Shown here in pieces: positions 29,201 through 43,635 of a DNA stretch of 64,000 nt. Numbering within the stretch: the stretch's first letter is position 1; every line of letters starts with the position of its first letter. Below the pieces are notes generated by a model. It saw only the letters and a program-made list of their open reading frames with translations, did no database searches and was not told the DNA's origin. A program made the translations under genes and the position numbers. The DNA comes from Eledone cirrhosa (taxonomy: Eukaryota), in contig OZ024758.1 in NCBI GenBank assembly GCA_964016885.1, forward strand, positions 33,790,001 through 33,854,000. The letters are read 5' to 3'.

Positions 29201-32200
29201 TTTAAGTCATGGTATTAGTTGTCAGAAGTAACTCCAATGTTGGTGAGAATTCATTTAAGTTCATGGTACTAGCTGTCAGAAGTAACTCCATTGTTGGTGA
29301 GAATTCATTTAAGTCATGGTACTAGCTGTCAGAAGTAACTCCACTGTTGGTGAGAATTCATTTAAGTTCATGGTATTAGCTGTCAGAAGGAACTCCACTG
29401 TTGGTGAGAATTCATTTCAGTTCATGGTACTAGCTGTCAGAAGTAACTCCACTGTTGGTGAGAATTCATTTAAGTTCATGGTATTAGTTTGTCAGAAGTA
29501 ACTCCACTGTTGGTGAGAATACATTTAAGTTCATGGTATTAGCTGTCAGAAGTAACTCCACTGTTGGTGAGAATTCATTTAAGTTCATGGTATTAGCTGT
29601 CAGAAGTAACTCCACTGTTGGTGAGAATTCATTTAAGTTCATGGTATTAGCTGTCAGAAGGAACTTCAATGTTGGTGAGAATTCATTTAAGTCATGGTAC
29701 TAGCTGTCAGAAGTAACTCCACTGTTGGTGAGAATTCATTTAAGTTCATGGTATTAGCTGTCAGAAGGAACGCCACTGTTTGTGAGAATTCATTTAAGTT
29801 CATGGTATTAGCTGTCAGAAGTAACTCCACTGTTGGTGAGAATTCATTTAAGTTCATGGTACTAGCTGTCAGAAGTAACTCCAATGTTGGTGAGAATTCA
29901 TTTAAGTTCATGGTATTAGCTGTCAGAAGGAACTCCACTGTTGGTGAGAATTCATTTAAGTTCATGGTATTAGCTGTCAGAAGGAACTCCAATGTTTGTG
30001 AGAATTCATTTAAGTTCATGGTATTAGCTGTCAGAAGTAACTCCACTGTTGGTGAGAATTCATTTAAGTTCATGGTATTAGTTTGTCAGAAGTAACTCCA
30101 CTGTTGGTGAGAATTCATTTAAGTCATGGTATTAGTTGTCAGAAGTAACTCCAATGTTGGTGAGAATTCATTTAAGTCATGGTACTAGCTGTCAGAAGTA
30201 ACTCCAATGTTGGTGAGAATTCATTTAAGTTCATGGTACTAGCTGTCAGAAGGAACTCCAATGTTGGTGAGAATTCATTTAAGTCATGGTACTAGCTGTC
30301 AGAAGTAACTCCACTGTTGGTGAGAATTCATTTAAGTTCATGGTATTAGCTGTCAGAAGGAACGCCACTGTTGGTGAGAATTCATTTCAATTCATGGTAC
30401 TAGCTGTCAGAAGTAACTCCACTGTTGGTGAGAATTCATTTAAGTTCATGGTATTAGTTTGTCAGAAGTAACTCCACTGTTGGTGAGAATTCATTTAAGT
30501 TCATGGTATTAGCTGTCAGAAGTAACTCCACTGTTGGTGAGAATTCATTTAAGTTCATGGTATTAGCTGTCAGAAGTAACTCCACTGTTGGTGAGAATTC
30601 ATTTAAGTTCATGGTATTAGCTGTCAGAAGGAACTTCAATGTTGGTGAGAATTCATTTAAGTCATGGTACTAGCTGTCAGAAGTAACTCCACTGTTGGTG
30701 AGAATTCATTTAAGTTCATGGTATTAGCTGTCAGAAGGAACGCCACTGTTTGTGAGAATTCATTTAAGTTCATGGTATTAGCTGTCAGAAGTAACTCCAC
30801 TGTTGGTGAGAATTAATTTAAGTTCATGGTACTAGCTGTCAGAAGTAACTCCAATGTTGGTGAGAATTCATTTAAGTTCATGGTATTAGCTGTCAGAAGG
30901 AACTCCACTGTTGGTGAGAATTCATTTAAGTTCATGGTATTAGCTGTCAGAAGGAACTCCAATGTTTGTGAGAATTCATTTAAGTTCATGGTATTAGCTG
31001 TCAGAAGTAACTCCACTGTTGGTGAGAATTCATTTAAGTCATGGTATTAGTTGTCAGAAGTTACTCCAATGTTGGTGAGAATTCATTTAAGTTCATGGTA
31101 TTAGCTGTCAGAAGTAACTCCACTGTTGGTGAGAATTCATTTAAGTTCATGGTATTAGCTGTCAGAAGGAACTCCAATGTTGGTGAGAATTCATTTAAGT
31201 CATGGTACTAGCTGTCAGAAGTAACTAGACTGTTGGTGAGAATTCATTTAAGTTCATGGTATTAGCTGTCAGAAGGAACGCCACTGTTGGTGAGAATTCA
31301 TTTAAGTTCATGGTAATAGCTGTCAGAAGTAACTCCACTGTTGGTGAGAATTCATTTAAGTTCATGGTACTAGCTGTCAGAAGTAACTCCAATGTTGGTG
31401 AGAATTCATTTAAGTTCATGGTATTAGCTGTCAGAAGGAACTCCACTGTTGGTGAGAATTCATTTAAGTTCATGGTATTAGCTGTCAGAAGTAACTCCAC
31501 TGTTGGTGAGAATTCATTTAAGTCATGGTATTAGCTGTCAGAAGTAACTCCATTGTTGGTGAGAATTCATTTAAGTCATGGTACTAGCTGTCACAAGTAA
31601 CTCCACTGTTGGTGAGAATTCATTTAAGTTCATGGTATTAGTTTGTCAGAAGTAACTCCACTGTTGGTGAGAATTCATTTAAGTCATGGTATTAGTTGTC
31701 AGAAGTAACTCCAATGTTGGTGAGAATTCATTTAAGTTCATGGTACTAGCTGTCAGAAGTAACTCCATTGTTGGTGAGAATTCATTTAAGTCATGGTACT
31801 AGCTGTCAGAAGTAACTCCACTGTTGGTGAGAATTCATTTAAGTTCATGGTATTAGCTGTCAGAAGGAACTCCACTGTTGGTGAGAATTCATTTCAGTTC
31901 ATGGTACTAGCTGTCAGAAGTAACTCCACTGTTGGTGAGAATTCATTTAAGTTCATGGTATTAGTTTGTCAGAAGTAACTCCACTGTTGGTGAGAATTCA
32001 TTTAAGTTCATGGTATTAGCTGTCAGAAGTAACTCCACTGTTGGTGAGAATTCATTTAAGTTCATGGTATTAGCTGTCAGAAGTAACTCCACTGTTGGTG
32101 AGAATTCATTTAAGTTCATGGTATTAGCTGTCAGAAGGAACTTCAATGTTGGTGAGAATTCATTTAAGTCATGGTACTAGCTGTCAGAAGTAACTCCACT

Positions 32201-32760
32201 GTTGGTGAGAATTCATTTAAGTTCATGGTATTAGCTGTCAGAAGGAACGCCACTGTTTGTGAGAATTCATTTAAGTTCATGGTATTAGCTGTCAGAAGTA
32301 ACTCCACTGTTGGTGAGAATTCATTTAAGTTCATGGTACTAGCTGTCAGAAGTAACTCCAATGTTGGTGAGAATTCATTTAAGTTCATGGTATTAGCTGT
32401 CAGAAGGAACTCCACTGTTGGTGAGAATTCATTTAAGTTCATGGTATTAGCTGTCAGAAGGAACTCCAATGTTTGTGAGAATTCATTTAAGTTCATGGTA
32501 TTAGCTGTCAGAAGTAACTCCACTGTTGGTGAGAATTCATTTAAGTTCATGGTATTAGTTTGTCAGAAGTAACTCCACTGTTGGTGAGAATTCATTTAAG
32601 TCATGGTATTAGTTGTCAGAAGTAACTCCAATGTTGGTGAGAATTCATTTAAGTCATGGTACTAGCTGTCAGAAGTAACTCCAATGTTGGTGAGAATTCA
32701 TTTAAGTTCATGGTATTAGCTGTCAGAAGGAACTCCAATGTTGGTGAGAATTCATTTAAG
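20062..32760 (+). repeat. Nested duplication domain with offsets of 4,358, 5,864/5,865, 8,342 and 2,477 bp
   Basis: ATATAAG at 21021/25379/26885. TTTCAG at ~23553/29418/31895. ACTCGAC at ~22886/28750/28965. ORF offsets agree (20601/24959/26465; 23451/29316/31793). Confidence 0.85.
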
Positions 32761-35700
32761 TCATGGTACTAGCTGTCAGAAGTAACTCCACTGTTGGTGA
32801 GAATTCATTTAAGTTCATGGTATTAGCTGTCAGAAGGAACGCCACTGTTGGTGAGAATTCATTTAAGTTCACGGTATTAGCTGTCAGAAGTAACTCCACT
32901 GTTGGTGAGAATTCATTTAAGTTCATGGTACTAGCTGTCAGAAGTAACTCCAATGTTGGTGAGAATTCATTTAAGTTCATGGTATTAGCTGTCAGAAGGA
33001 ACTCCACTGTTGGTGAGAATTCATTTAAGTTCATGGTATTAGCTGTCAGAAGTAACTCCACTGTTGGTGCGAATTCATTTAAGTCATGGTATTAGCTGTC
33101 AGAAGTAACTCCATTGTTGGTGAGAATTCATTTAAGTCATGGTACTAGCTGTCAGAAGTAACTCCACTGTTGGTGAGAATTCATTTAAGTTCATGGTATT
33201 AGTTTGTCAGAAGTAACTCCACTGTTGGTGAGAATTCATTTAAGTCATGGTATTAGTTGTCAGAAGTAACTCCAATGTTGGTGAGAATTCATTTAAGTTC
33301 ATGGTACTAGCTGTCAGAAGTAACTCCATTGTTGGTGAGAATTCATTTAAGTTCATGGTACTAGCTGTCAGAAGTAACTCCACTGTTGGTGAGAATTCAT
33401 TTAAGTTCATGGTATTAGTTTGTCAGAAGTAACTCCACTGTTGGTGTGAATTCATTTAAGTCATGGTATTAGTTGTCAGAAGTAACTCCAATGTTGGTGA
33501 GAATTCATTTAAGTTCATGGTACTAGCTGTCAGAAGTAACTCCATTGTTGGTGAGAATTCATTTAAGTTCATGGTACTAGCTGTCAGAAGTAACTCCACT
33601 GTTGGTGAGAATTCATTTAAGTTCATGGTATTAGTTTGTCAGAAGTAACTCCACTGTTGGTGAGAATTCATTTAAGTCATGGTACTAGCTGTCAGAAGTA
33701 ACTCCAATGTTGGTGAGAATTCATTTAAGTTCATGGTATTAGCTGTCAGAAGGAACTCCACTGTTGGTGAGAATTCATTTAAGTTCATGGTATTAGCTGT
33801 CAGAAGTAACTCCACTGTTGGTGAGAATTCATTTAAGTCATGGTATTAGCTGTCAGAAGTAACTCCATTGTTGGTGAGAATTCATTTAAGTCATGGTACT
33901 AGCTGTCACAAGTAACTCCACTGTTGGTGAGAATTCATTTAAGTTATGGTATTAGTTGTCAGAAGTAACTCCAATGTTGGTGAGAATTCATTTAAGTTCA
34001 TGGTACTAGCTGTCAGAAGTAACTCCATTGTTGGTGAGAATTCATTTAAGTTCATGGTACTAGCTGTCAGAAGTAACTCCACTGTTGGTGAGAATTCATT
34101 TAAGTTCATGGTATTAGTTTGTCAGAAGTAACTCCACTGTTGGTGAGAATTCATTTAAGTCATGGTATTAGTTGTCAGAAGTAACTCCAATGTTGGTGAG
34201 AATTCATTTAAGTCATGGTACTAGCTGTCAGAAGTAACTCCAATGTTGGTGAGAATTCATTTAAGTTCATGGTATTAGCTGTCAGAAGGAACTCCACTGT
34301 TGGTGAGAATTCATTTAAGTTCATGGTATTAGCTGTCAGAAGTAACTCCACTGTTGGTGAGAATTCATTTAAGTTCATGGTACTAGCTGTCAGAAGTAAC
34401 TCCAATGTTGGTGAGAATTCATTTAAGTTCATGGTATTAGCTGTCAGAAGTAACTCCACTGTTGGTGAGAATTCATTTAAGTCATGGTATTAGTTGTCAG
34501 AAGTAACTCCACTGTTGGTGAGAATTCATTTAAGTTCATGGTACTAGCTGTCAGAAGTAACTCCACTGTTGGTCAGAATTCATTTAAGTTCATGGTATTA
34601 GTTTGTCAGAAGTAACTCCACTGTTGGTGAGAATTCATTTAAGTCATGGTATTAGTTATCAGAAGTAACTCCAATGTTGGTGAGAATTCATTTAAGTTCA
34701 TGGTATTAGCTGTCAGAAGGAACTCCAATGTTGGTGAGAATTCATTTAAGTAATGGTACTAGCTGTCAGAAGTAACTCCACTGTTGGTGAGAATTCATTT
34801 AAGTTCATGGTATTAGCTGTCAGAAGGAACGCCACTGTTGGTGAGAATTCATTTAAGTTCACGGTATTAGCTGTCAGAAGTAACTCCACTGTTGGTGAGA
34901 ATTCATTTAAGTTCATGGTACTAGCTGTCAGAAGTAACTCCAATGTTGGTGAGAATTCATTTAAGTTCATGGTATTAGCTGTCAGAAGGAACTCCACTGT
35001 TGGTGAGAATTCATTTAAGTTCATGGTATTAGCTGTCAGAAGTAACTCCACTGTTGGTGCGAATTCATTTAAGTCATGGTACTAGCTGTCAGAAGTAACT
35101 CCACTGTTGGTGAGTATTCATTTAAGTTCATGGTATTAGTTTGTCAGAAGTAACTCCACTGTTGGTGAGAATTCATTTAAGTCATGGTATTAGTTGTCAG
35201 AAGTAACTCCAATGTTGGTGAGAATTCATTTAAGTTCATGGTACTAGCTGTCAGAAGTAACTCCATTGTTGGTGAGAATTCATTTAAGTTCATGGTACTA
35301 GCTGTCAGAAGTAACTCCACTGTTGGTGAGAATTCATTTAAGTTCATGGTATTAGTTTGTCAGAAGTAACTCCACTGTTTGTGAGAATTCATTTAAGTCA
35401 TAGTATTAGTTGTCAGAAGTAACTCCAATGTTGGTGAGAATTCATTTAAGTCATGGTACTAGCGGTCAGAAGTAACTCCAATGTTGGTGAGAATTCATTT
35501 AAGTTCATGGTATTAGCTGTCAGAAGGAACTCCACTGTTGGTGAGAATTCATTTAAGTTCATGGTACTAGCTGTCAGAAGTAACTCCAATGTTGGTGAGA
35601 ATTCATTTAAGTTCATGGTATTAGCTGTCAGAAGTAACTCCACTGTTGGTGAGAATTCATTTAAGTTCATGGTATTAGCTGTCAGAAGTAACTCCACTGT

Positions 35701-38700
35701 TGGTGAGAATTCATTTAAGTCATGGTATTAGTTGTCAGAAGTAACTCCACTGTTGGTGAGAATTCATTTAAGTTCATGGTACTAGCTGTCAGAAGTAACT
35801 CCACTGTTGGTGAGAATTCATTTAAGTTCATGGTATTAGTTTGTCAGAAGTAACTCCACTGTTGGTGAGAATTCATTTAAGTCATGGTATTAGTTGTCAG
35901 AAGTAACTCCAATGTTGGTGAGAATTCATTTATGTTCATGGTATTAGCTGTCAGAAGGAACTCCAATGTTCGTGAGAATTCATTTAAGTCATGGTACTAG
36001 CTGTCAGAAGTAACTCCACTGTTGGTGAGAATTCATTTAAGTTCATGGTATTAGCTGTCAGAAGGAACGCCACTGTTGGTGAGAATTCATTTAAGTTCAC
36101 GGTATTAGCTGTCAGAAGTAACTCCACTGTTGGTGAGAATTCATTTAAGTTCATGGTACTAGCTGTCAGAAGTAACTCCAATGTTGGTGAGAATTCATTT
36201 AAGTTCATGGTACTAGCTGTCAGAAGTAACTCCATTGTTGGTGAGAATTCATTTAAGTTCATGGTACTAGCTGTCAGAAGTAACTCCACTGTTGGTGAGA
36301 ATTCATTTAAGTTCATGGTATTAGTTTGTCAGAAGTAACTCCACTGTTGGTGAGAATTCATTTAAGTCATGGTATTAGTTGTCAGAAGTAACTCCAATGT
36401 TGGTGAGAATTCATTTAAGTTCATGGTACTAGCTGTCAGAAGTAACTCCATTATTGGTGAGAATTCATTTAAGTTCATGGTACTAGCTGTAAGAAGTAAC
36501 TCCACTGTTGGTGAGAATTCATTTAAGTTCATGGTATTAGTTTGTCAGAAGTAACTCCACTGTTGGTGAGAATTCATTTAAGTCATGGTACTAGCTGTCA
36601 GAAGTAACTCCAATGTTGGTGAGAATTCATTTAAGTTCATGGTATTAGCTGTCAGAAGGAACTCCACTGTTGGTGAGAATTCATTTAAGTTCATGGTATT
36701 AGCTGTCAGAAGTAACTCCACTGTTGGTGAGAATTCATTTAAGTCATGGTATTAGCTGTCAGAAGTAACTCAATTGTTGGTGAGAATTCATTTAAGTCAT
36801 GGTACTAGCTGTCACAAGTAACTCCACTGTTGGTGAGAATTCATTTAAGTTCATGGTATTAGCTGTCAGAAGGAACTCCACTGTTGGTGAGAATTCATTT
36901 AAGTTCATGGTATTAGCTCTCAGAAGTAACTCCACTGTTGGTGAGAATTCATTTAAGTTCATGGTACTAGCTGTCAGAAGTAACTCCAATGTTGGTGAGA
37001 ATTCATTTAAGTTCATGGTATTAGCTGTCAGAAGTAACTCCACTGTTGGTGAGAATTCATTTAAGTCATGGTATTAGTTGTCAGAAGTAACTCCACTGTT
37101 GGTGAGAATTCATTTAAGTTCATGGTACTAGCTGTCAGAAGTAACTCCACTGTTGGTGAGAATTCATTTAAGTTCATGGTATTAGTTTGTCAGAAGTAAC
37201 TCCACTGTTGGTGAGAATTCATTTAAGTCATGGTATTAGTTGTCAGAAGTAACTCCAATGTTGGTGAGAATTCATTTAATTTCATGGTATTAGCTGTCAG
37301 AAGGAACTCCAATGTTGGTGAGAATTCATTTAAGTTCATGGTACTAGCTGTCAGAAGTAACTCCACTGTTGGTGAGAATTCATTTAAGTTCATGGTATTA
37401 GCTGTCAGAAGGAACGCCACTGTTGGTGAGAATTCATTTAAGTTCACGGTATTAGCTGTCAGAAGTAACTCCACTGTTGGTGAGAATTCATTTACGTTCA
37501 TGGTACTAGCTGTCAGAAGTAACTCCAATGTTGGTGAGAATTCATTTAAGTTCATGGTATTAGCTGTCAGAAGGAACTCCACTGTTGGTGAGAATTCATT
37601 TAAGTTCATGGTATTAGCTGTCAGAAGTAACTCCACTGTTGGTGCGAATTCATTTAAGTCATGGTATTAGCTGTCAGAAGTAACTCCATTGTTGGTGAGA
37701 ATTCATTTAAGTCATGGTACTAGCTGTCAGAAGTAACTCCACTGTTGGTGAGAATTCATTTAAGTTCATGGTATTAGTTTGTCAGAAGTAACTCCACTGT
37801 TGGTGAGAATTCATTTAAGTCATGGTATTAGTTGTCAGAAGTAACTCCAATGTTGGTGAGAATTCATTTAAGTTCATGGTACTAGCTGTCAGAAGTAACT
37901 CCATTGTTGGTGAGAATTCATTTAAGTTCATGGTACTAGCTGTCAGAAGTAACTCCACTGTTGGTGAGAATTCATTTAAGTTCATGGTATTAGTTTGTCA
38001 GAAGTAACTCCACTGTTGGTGAGAATTCATTTAAGTCATGGTATTAGTTGTCAGAAGTAACTCCAATGTTGGTGAGAATTCATTTAAGTCATGGTACTAG
38101 CTGTCAGAAGTAACTCCAATGTTGGTGAGAATTCATTTAAGTTCATGGTATTAGCTGTCAGAAGGAACTCCACTGTTGGTGAGAATTCATTTAAGTTCAT
38201 GGTATTAGCTGTCAGAAGTAACTCCACTGTTGGTGAGAATTCATTTAAGTTCATGGTACTAGCTGTCAGAAGTAACTCCAATGTTGGTGAGAATTCATTT
38301 AAGTTCATGGTATTAGCTGTCAGAAGTAACTCCACTGTTGGTGAGAATTCATTTAAGTTCATGGTATTAGCTGTCAGAAGTAACTCCAATGTTGGTGAGA
38401 ATTCATTTAAGTTCATGGTATTAGCTGTCAGAAGGAACTCCACTGTTGGTGAGAATTCATTTAAGTTCATGGTATTAGTTTGTCAGAAGTAACTCCACTG
38501 TTGGTGAGAATTCATTTAAGTCATGGTATTAGTTGTCAGAAGTAACTCCAATGTTGGTGAGAATTCATTTAAGTTCATGGTACTAGCTGTCAGAAGTAAC
38601 TCCACTGTTGGTGAGAATTCATTTAAGTTCATGGTACTAGCTGTCATAAGTAACTCCACTGTTGGTGAGAATTCATTTAAGTTCATGGTATTAGCTGTCA

Positions 38701-41700
38701 GAAGTCACTCCACTGTTGGTGAGAATTCATTTAAGTTCATGGTATTAGCTGTTAGAAGTAACTCCACTGTTGGTGAGAATTCATTTAAGGCATGGTATTA
38801 GTTGTCAGAAGTAACTCCAATGTTGGTGAGAATTCATTTAAGTTCATGGTACTAGCTGTCAGAAGTAACTCCACTGTTGGTGAGAATTCATTTAAGTTCA
38901 TGGTACTAGCTGTCAGAAGTAACTCCACTGTTGGTGAGAATTCATTTAAGTTCATGGTATTAGCTGTCAGAAGTAACTCCACTGTTGGTGAGAATTCATT
39001 TAAGTTCATGGTATTAGCTGTCAGAAGGAACTCCAATGTTGGTGAGAAATCATTTAAGTCATGGTACTAGCTGTCAGAAGTAACTCCACTGTTGGTGAGA
39101 ATTCATTTAAGTTCATGGTATTAGCTGTCAGAAGGAACGCCACTGTTGGTGAGAATTCATTTAAGTTCATGGTATTAGCTGTCAGAAGTAACTCCACTGT
39201 TGGTGAGAATTCATTTAAGTTCATGGTACTAGCTGTCAGAAGTAACTCCAATGTTGGTGAGAATTCATTTAAGTCATGGTATTAGCTGTCAGAAGTAACT
39301 CCATTGTTGGTGAGAATTCATTTAAGTCATGGCACTAGCTGTCAGAAGTAACTCCACTGTTGGTGAGAATTCATTTAAGTTCATGGTATTAGCTGTCAGA
39401 AGGAACTCCACTGTTGGTGAGAATTCATTTAAGTTCATGGTACTAGCTGTCAGAAGTAACTCCACTGTTGGTGAGAACTCATTTAAGTTCATGGTATTAG
39501 TTTGTCAGAAGTAACTCCACTGTTGGTGAGAATTCATTTAAGTCATGGTATTAGTTGTCAGAAGTAACTCCAATGTTGGTGAGAATTCATTTAAGTCATG
39601 GTACTAGCTGTCAGAAGTAACTCCAATGTTGGTGAGAATTCATTTAAGTTCATGGTATTAGCTGTCAGAAGGAACTCCACTGTTGGTGAGAATTCATTTA
39701 AGTTCATGGTATTAGCTGTCAGAAGTAACTCCACTGTTGGTGAGAATTCATTTAAGTTCATGGTACTAGCTGTCAGAAGTAACTCCACTGTTGGTGAGAA
39801 TTCATTTAAGTCATGGTATTAGCTGTCAGAAGTAACTCCAATGTTGGTGAGAATTCATTTAAGTTCATGGTATTAGCTGTCAGAAGTAACTCCACTGTTG
39901 GTGAGAATTCATTTAAGTTCATGGTATTAGCTGTCAGAAGTAACTCCACTGTTGGTGAGAATTCATTTAAGTTCATGTTACTAGCTGTCAGAAGTAACTC
40001 CACTGTTGGTGAGAATTCATTTAAGTTCATGGTATTAGCTGTCAGAAGTAACTCCACTGTTGGTGAGAATTCATTTAAGTTCATGGTATTAGCTGTCAGA
40101 AGTAACTCCACTGTTGGTGAGAATTCATTTAAGTTCATGGTACTAGCTGTCAGAAGTAACTCCACTGTTGGTGAGAATTCATTTAAGTTCATGTTAATAG
40201 TTTGTCAGAAGTAACTCCACTGTTGGTGAGAATTCATTTAAGTCATGGTATTAGTTGTCAGTAGTAACTCCAATGTTGGTGAGAATTCATTTAAGTTCAT
40301 GGTACTAGCTGCCAGAAGTAACTCCACTGTTGGTGAGAATTCATTTAAGTTCATGGTATTAGCTGTCAGAAGTAACTCCACTGTTGGTGAGAATTCATTT
40401 AAGTCATGGTATTAGCTGTCAGAAGTAACTCCATTGTTGGTGAGATTTCATTTAAGTCATGGTACTAGCTGTCAGAAGTAACTCCACTGTTGGTGAGAAT
40501 TCATTTAAGTTCATGGTACTAGCTGTCAGAAGTAACTCCACTGTTGGTGAGAATTCATTTAAGTTCATGGTACTAGCTGTCAGAAGTAACTCCACTGTTG
40601 GTGAGAATTCATTTAAGTTCATGGTACTAGCTGTCAGAAGTAACTCCACTGTTGGTGAGAATTCATTTAAGTTCATGGTACTAGCTGACAGAAGTAACTC
40701 CAATGTTGGTGAGAATTCATTTAAGTTCATGGTATTAGCTGTCAGAAGTAACTCCACTGTTGGTGAGAATTCATTTAAGTTCATGGTACTAGCTGTCAGA
40801 AGTAACTCCACTGTTGGTGAGAATTCATTTAAGTTCATGGTATTAGCTGTCAGAAGTCACTCCAATGTTGGTGAGAATTCATTTAAGTTCATGGTATTAG
40901 CTGTCAGAAGTCACTCCACTGTTGGTGAGAATTCATTTAAGTTCATGGTACTAGCTGTCAGAAGTAACCCCAATGTTGGTGAGAATTCATTTAAGTTCAT
41001 GGTATTAGCTGTCAGAAGTCACTCCAATGTTGGTGAGAATTCATTTAAGTTCATGGTATTAGCTGTCAGAAGTAACTCCACTGTTGGTGAGAATTCATTT
41101 AAGTTCATGGTATTAGCTGTCAGAAGTAACTCCACTGTTGGTGAGAATTCATTTAAGTTCATGGTATTAGCTGTCAGAAGTAACTCCACTGTTGGTGAGA
41201 ATTCATTTAAGTTCATGGTATTAGCTGTCAGAAGGAACTCCAATGTTGGTGAGAATTCATTTAAGTCATGGTACTAGCTGTCAGAAGTAACTCCACTGTT
41301 GGTGAGAATTCATTTAAGTTCATGGTATTAGCTGTCAGAAGGAACGCCACTGTTGGTGAGAATTCATTTAAGTTCATGGTATTAGCTGTCAGAAGTAACT
41401 CCACTGTTGGTGAGAATTCATTTAAGTTCATGGTATTAGCTGTCAGAAGTAACTCCACTGTTGGTGAGAATTCATTTAAGTTCATGGTATTAGCTGTCAG
41501 AAGGAACTCCAATGTTGGTGAGAATTCATTTAAGTCATGGTACTAGCTGTCAGAAGTAACTCCACTGTTGGTGAGAATTCATTTAAGTTCATGGTATTAG
41601 CTGTCAGAAGGAACGCCACTGTTGGTGAGAATTCATTTAAGTTCATGGTATTAGCTGTCAGAAGTAACTCCACTGTTGGTGAGAATTCATTTAAGTTCAT

Positions 41701-42019
41701 GGTACTAGCTGTCAGAAGTAACTCCAATGTTGGTGAGAATTCATTTAAGTTCATGGTATTAGCTGTCAGAAGTAACTCCAATGTTGGTGAGAATTCATTT
41801 AAGTTCATGGTACTAGCTGTCAGAAGTAACTCCACTGTTGGTGAGAATTCATTTAAGTTCATGGTATTAGCTGTCAGTAGTAACTCCACTGTTGGTGAGA
41901 ATTCATTTAAGTCATGGTATTAGCTGTCAGAAGTAACTCCATTGTTGGTGAGAATTCATTTAAGTCATGGTACTAGCTGTCAGAAGTAACTCCACTGTTG
42001 GTGAGAATTCATTTAAGTT

Positions 42020-43635
42020 CATGGTATTAGCTGTCAGAAGTCACTCCACTGTTGGTGAGAATTCATTTAAGTTCATGGTACTAGCTGTCAGAAGTAACTC
42101 CACTGTTGGTGAGAATTCATTTAAGTTCATGGTATTAGTTTGTCAGAAGTAACTCCACTGTTGGTGAGAATTCATTTAAGTCATGGTATTAGTTGTCAGA
42201 AGTAACTCCAATGTTGGTGAGAATTCATTTAAGTCATGGTACTAGCTGTCAGAAGTAACTCCAATGTTGGTGAGAATTCATTTAAGTTCATGGTATTAGC
42301 TGTCAGAAGGAACTCCACTGTTGGTGAGAATTCATTTAAGTTCATGGTATTAGCTGTCAGAAGTAACTCCACTGTTGGTGAGAATTCATTTAAGTTCATG
42401 GTACTAGCTGTCAGAAGTAACTCCAATGTTGGTGAGAATTCATTTAAGTTCATGGTATTAGCTGTCAGAAGTAACTCCACTGTTGGTGAGAATTCATTTA
42501 AGTTCATGGTATTAGCTGTCAGAAGGAACTCCACTGTTGGTGAGAATTCATTTAAGTTCATGGTACTAGCTGTCAGAAGTAACTCCACTGTTGGTGAGAA
42601 TTCATTTAAGTCATGGTATTAGCTGTCAGAAGTAACTCCAATGTTGGTGAGAATTCATTTAAGTTCATGGTATTAGCTGTCAGAAGTAACTCCACTGTTG
42701 GTGAGAATTCATTTAAGTTCATGGTATTAGCTGTCAGAAGTAACTCCACTGTTGGTGAGAATTCATTTAAGTTCATGTTACTAGCTGTCAGAAGTAACTC
42801 CACTGTTGGTGAGAATTCATTTAAGTTCATGGTATTAGCTGTCAGAAGTCACTCCACTGTTGGTGAGAATTCATTTAAGTTCATGGTACTAGCTGTCAGA
42901 AGTAACTCCACTGTTGGTGAGAATTCATTTAAGTTCATGGTATTAGTTTGTCAGAAGTAACTCCACTGTTGGTGAGAATTCATTTAAGTCATGGTATTAG
43001 TTGTCAGAAGTAACTCCAATGTTGGTGAGAATTCATTTAAGTCATGGTACTAGCTGTCAGAAGTAACTCCAATGTTGGTGAGAATTCATTTAAGTTCATG
43101 GTATTAGCTGTCAGAAGGAACTCCACTGTTGGTGAGAATTCATTTAAGTTCATGGTATTAGCTGTCAGAAGTAACTCCACTGTTGGTGAGAATTCATTTA
43201 AGTTCATGGTACTAGCTGTCAGAAGTAACTCCAATGTTGGTGAGAATTCATTTAAGTTCATGGTATTAGCTGTCAGAAGTAACTCCACTGTTGGTGAGAA
43301 TTCATTTAAGTTCATGGTATTAGCTGTCAGAAGGAACTCCACTGTTGGTGAGAATTCATTTAAGTTCATGGTACTAGCTGTCAGAAGTAACTCCACTGTT
43401 GGTGAGAATTCATTTAAGTCATGGTATTAGCTGTCAGAAGTAACTCCAATGTTGGTGAGAATTCATTTAAGTTCATGGTATTAGCTGTCAGAAGTAACTC
43501 CACTGTTGGTGAGAATTCATTTAAGTTCATGGTATTAGCTGTCAGAAGTAACTCCACTGTTGGTGAGAATTCATTTAAGTTCATGTTACTAGCTGTCAGA
43601 AGTAACTCCACTGTTGGTGAGAATTCATTTAAGTT
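42020..43635 (+). repeat. 808-bp (15-monomer) tandem duplication
   Basis: ORF pairs 42236/43044 and 42613/43421. CATGTTACTA variant at ~42774 and ~43582. Confidence 0.85.
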
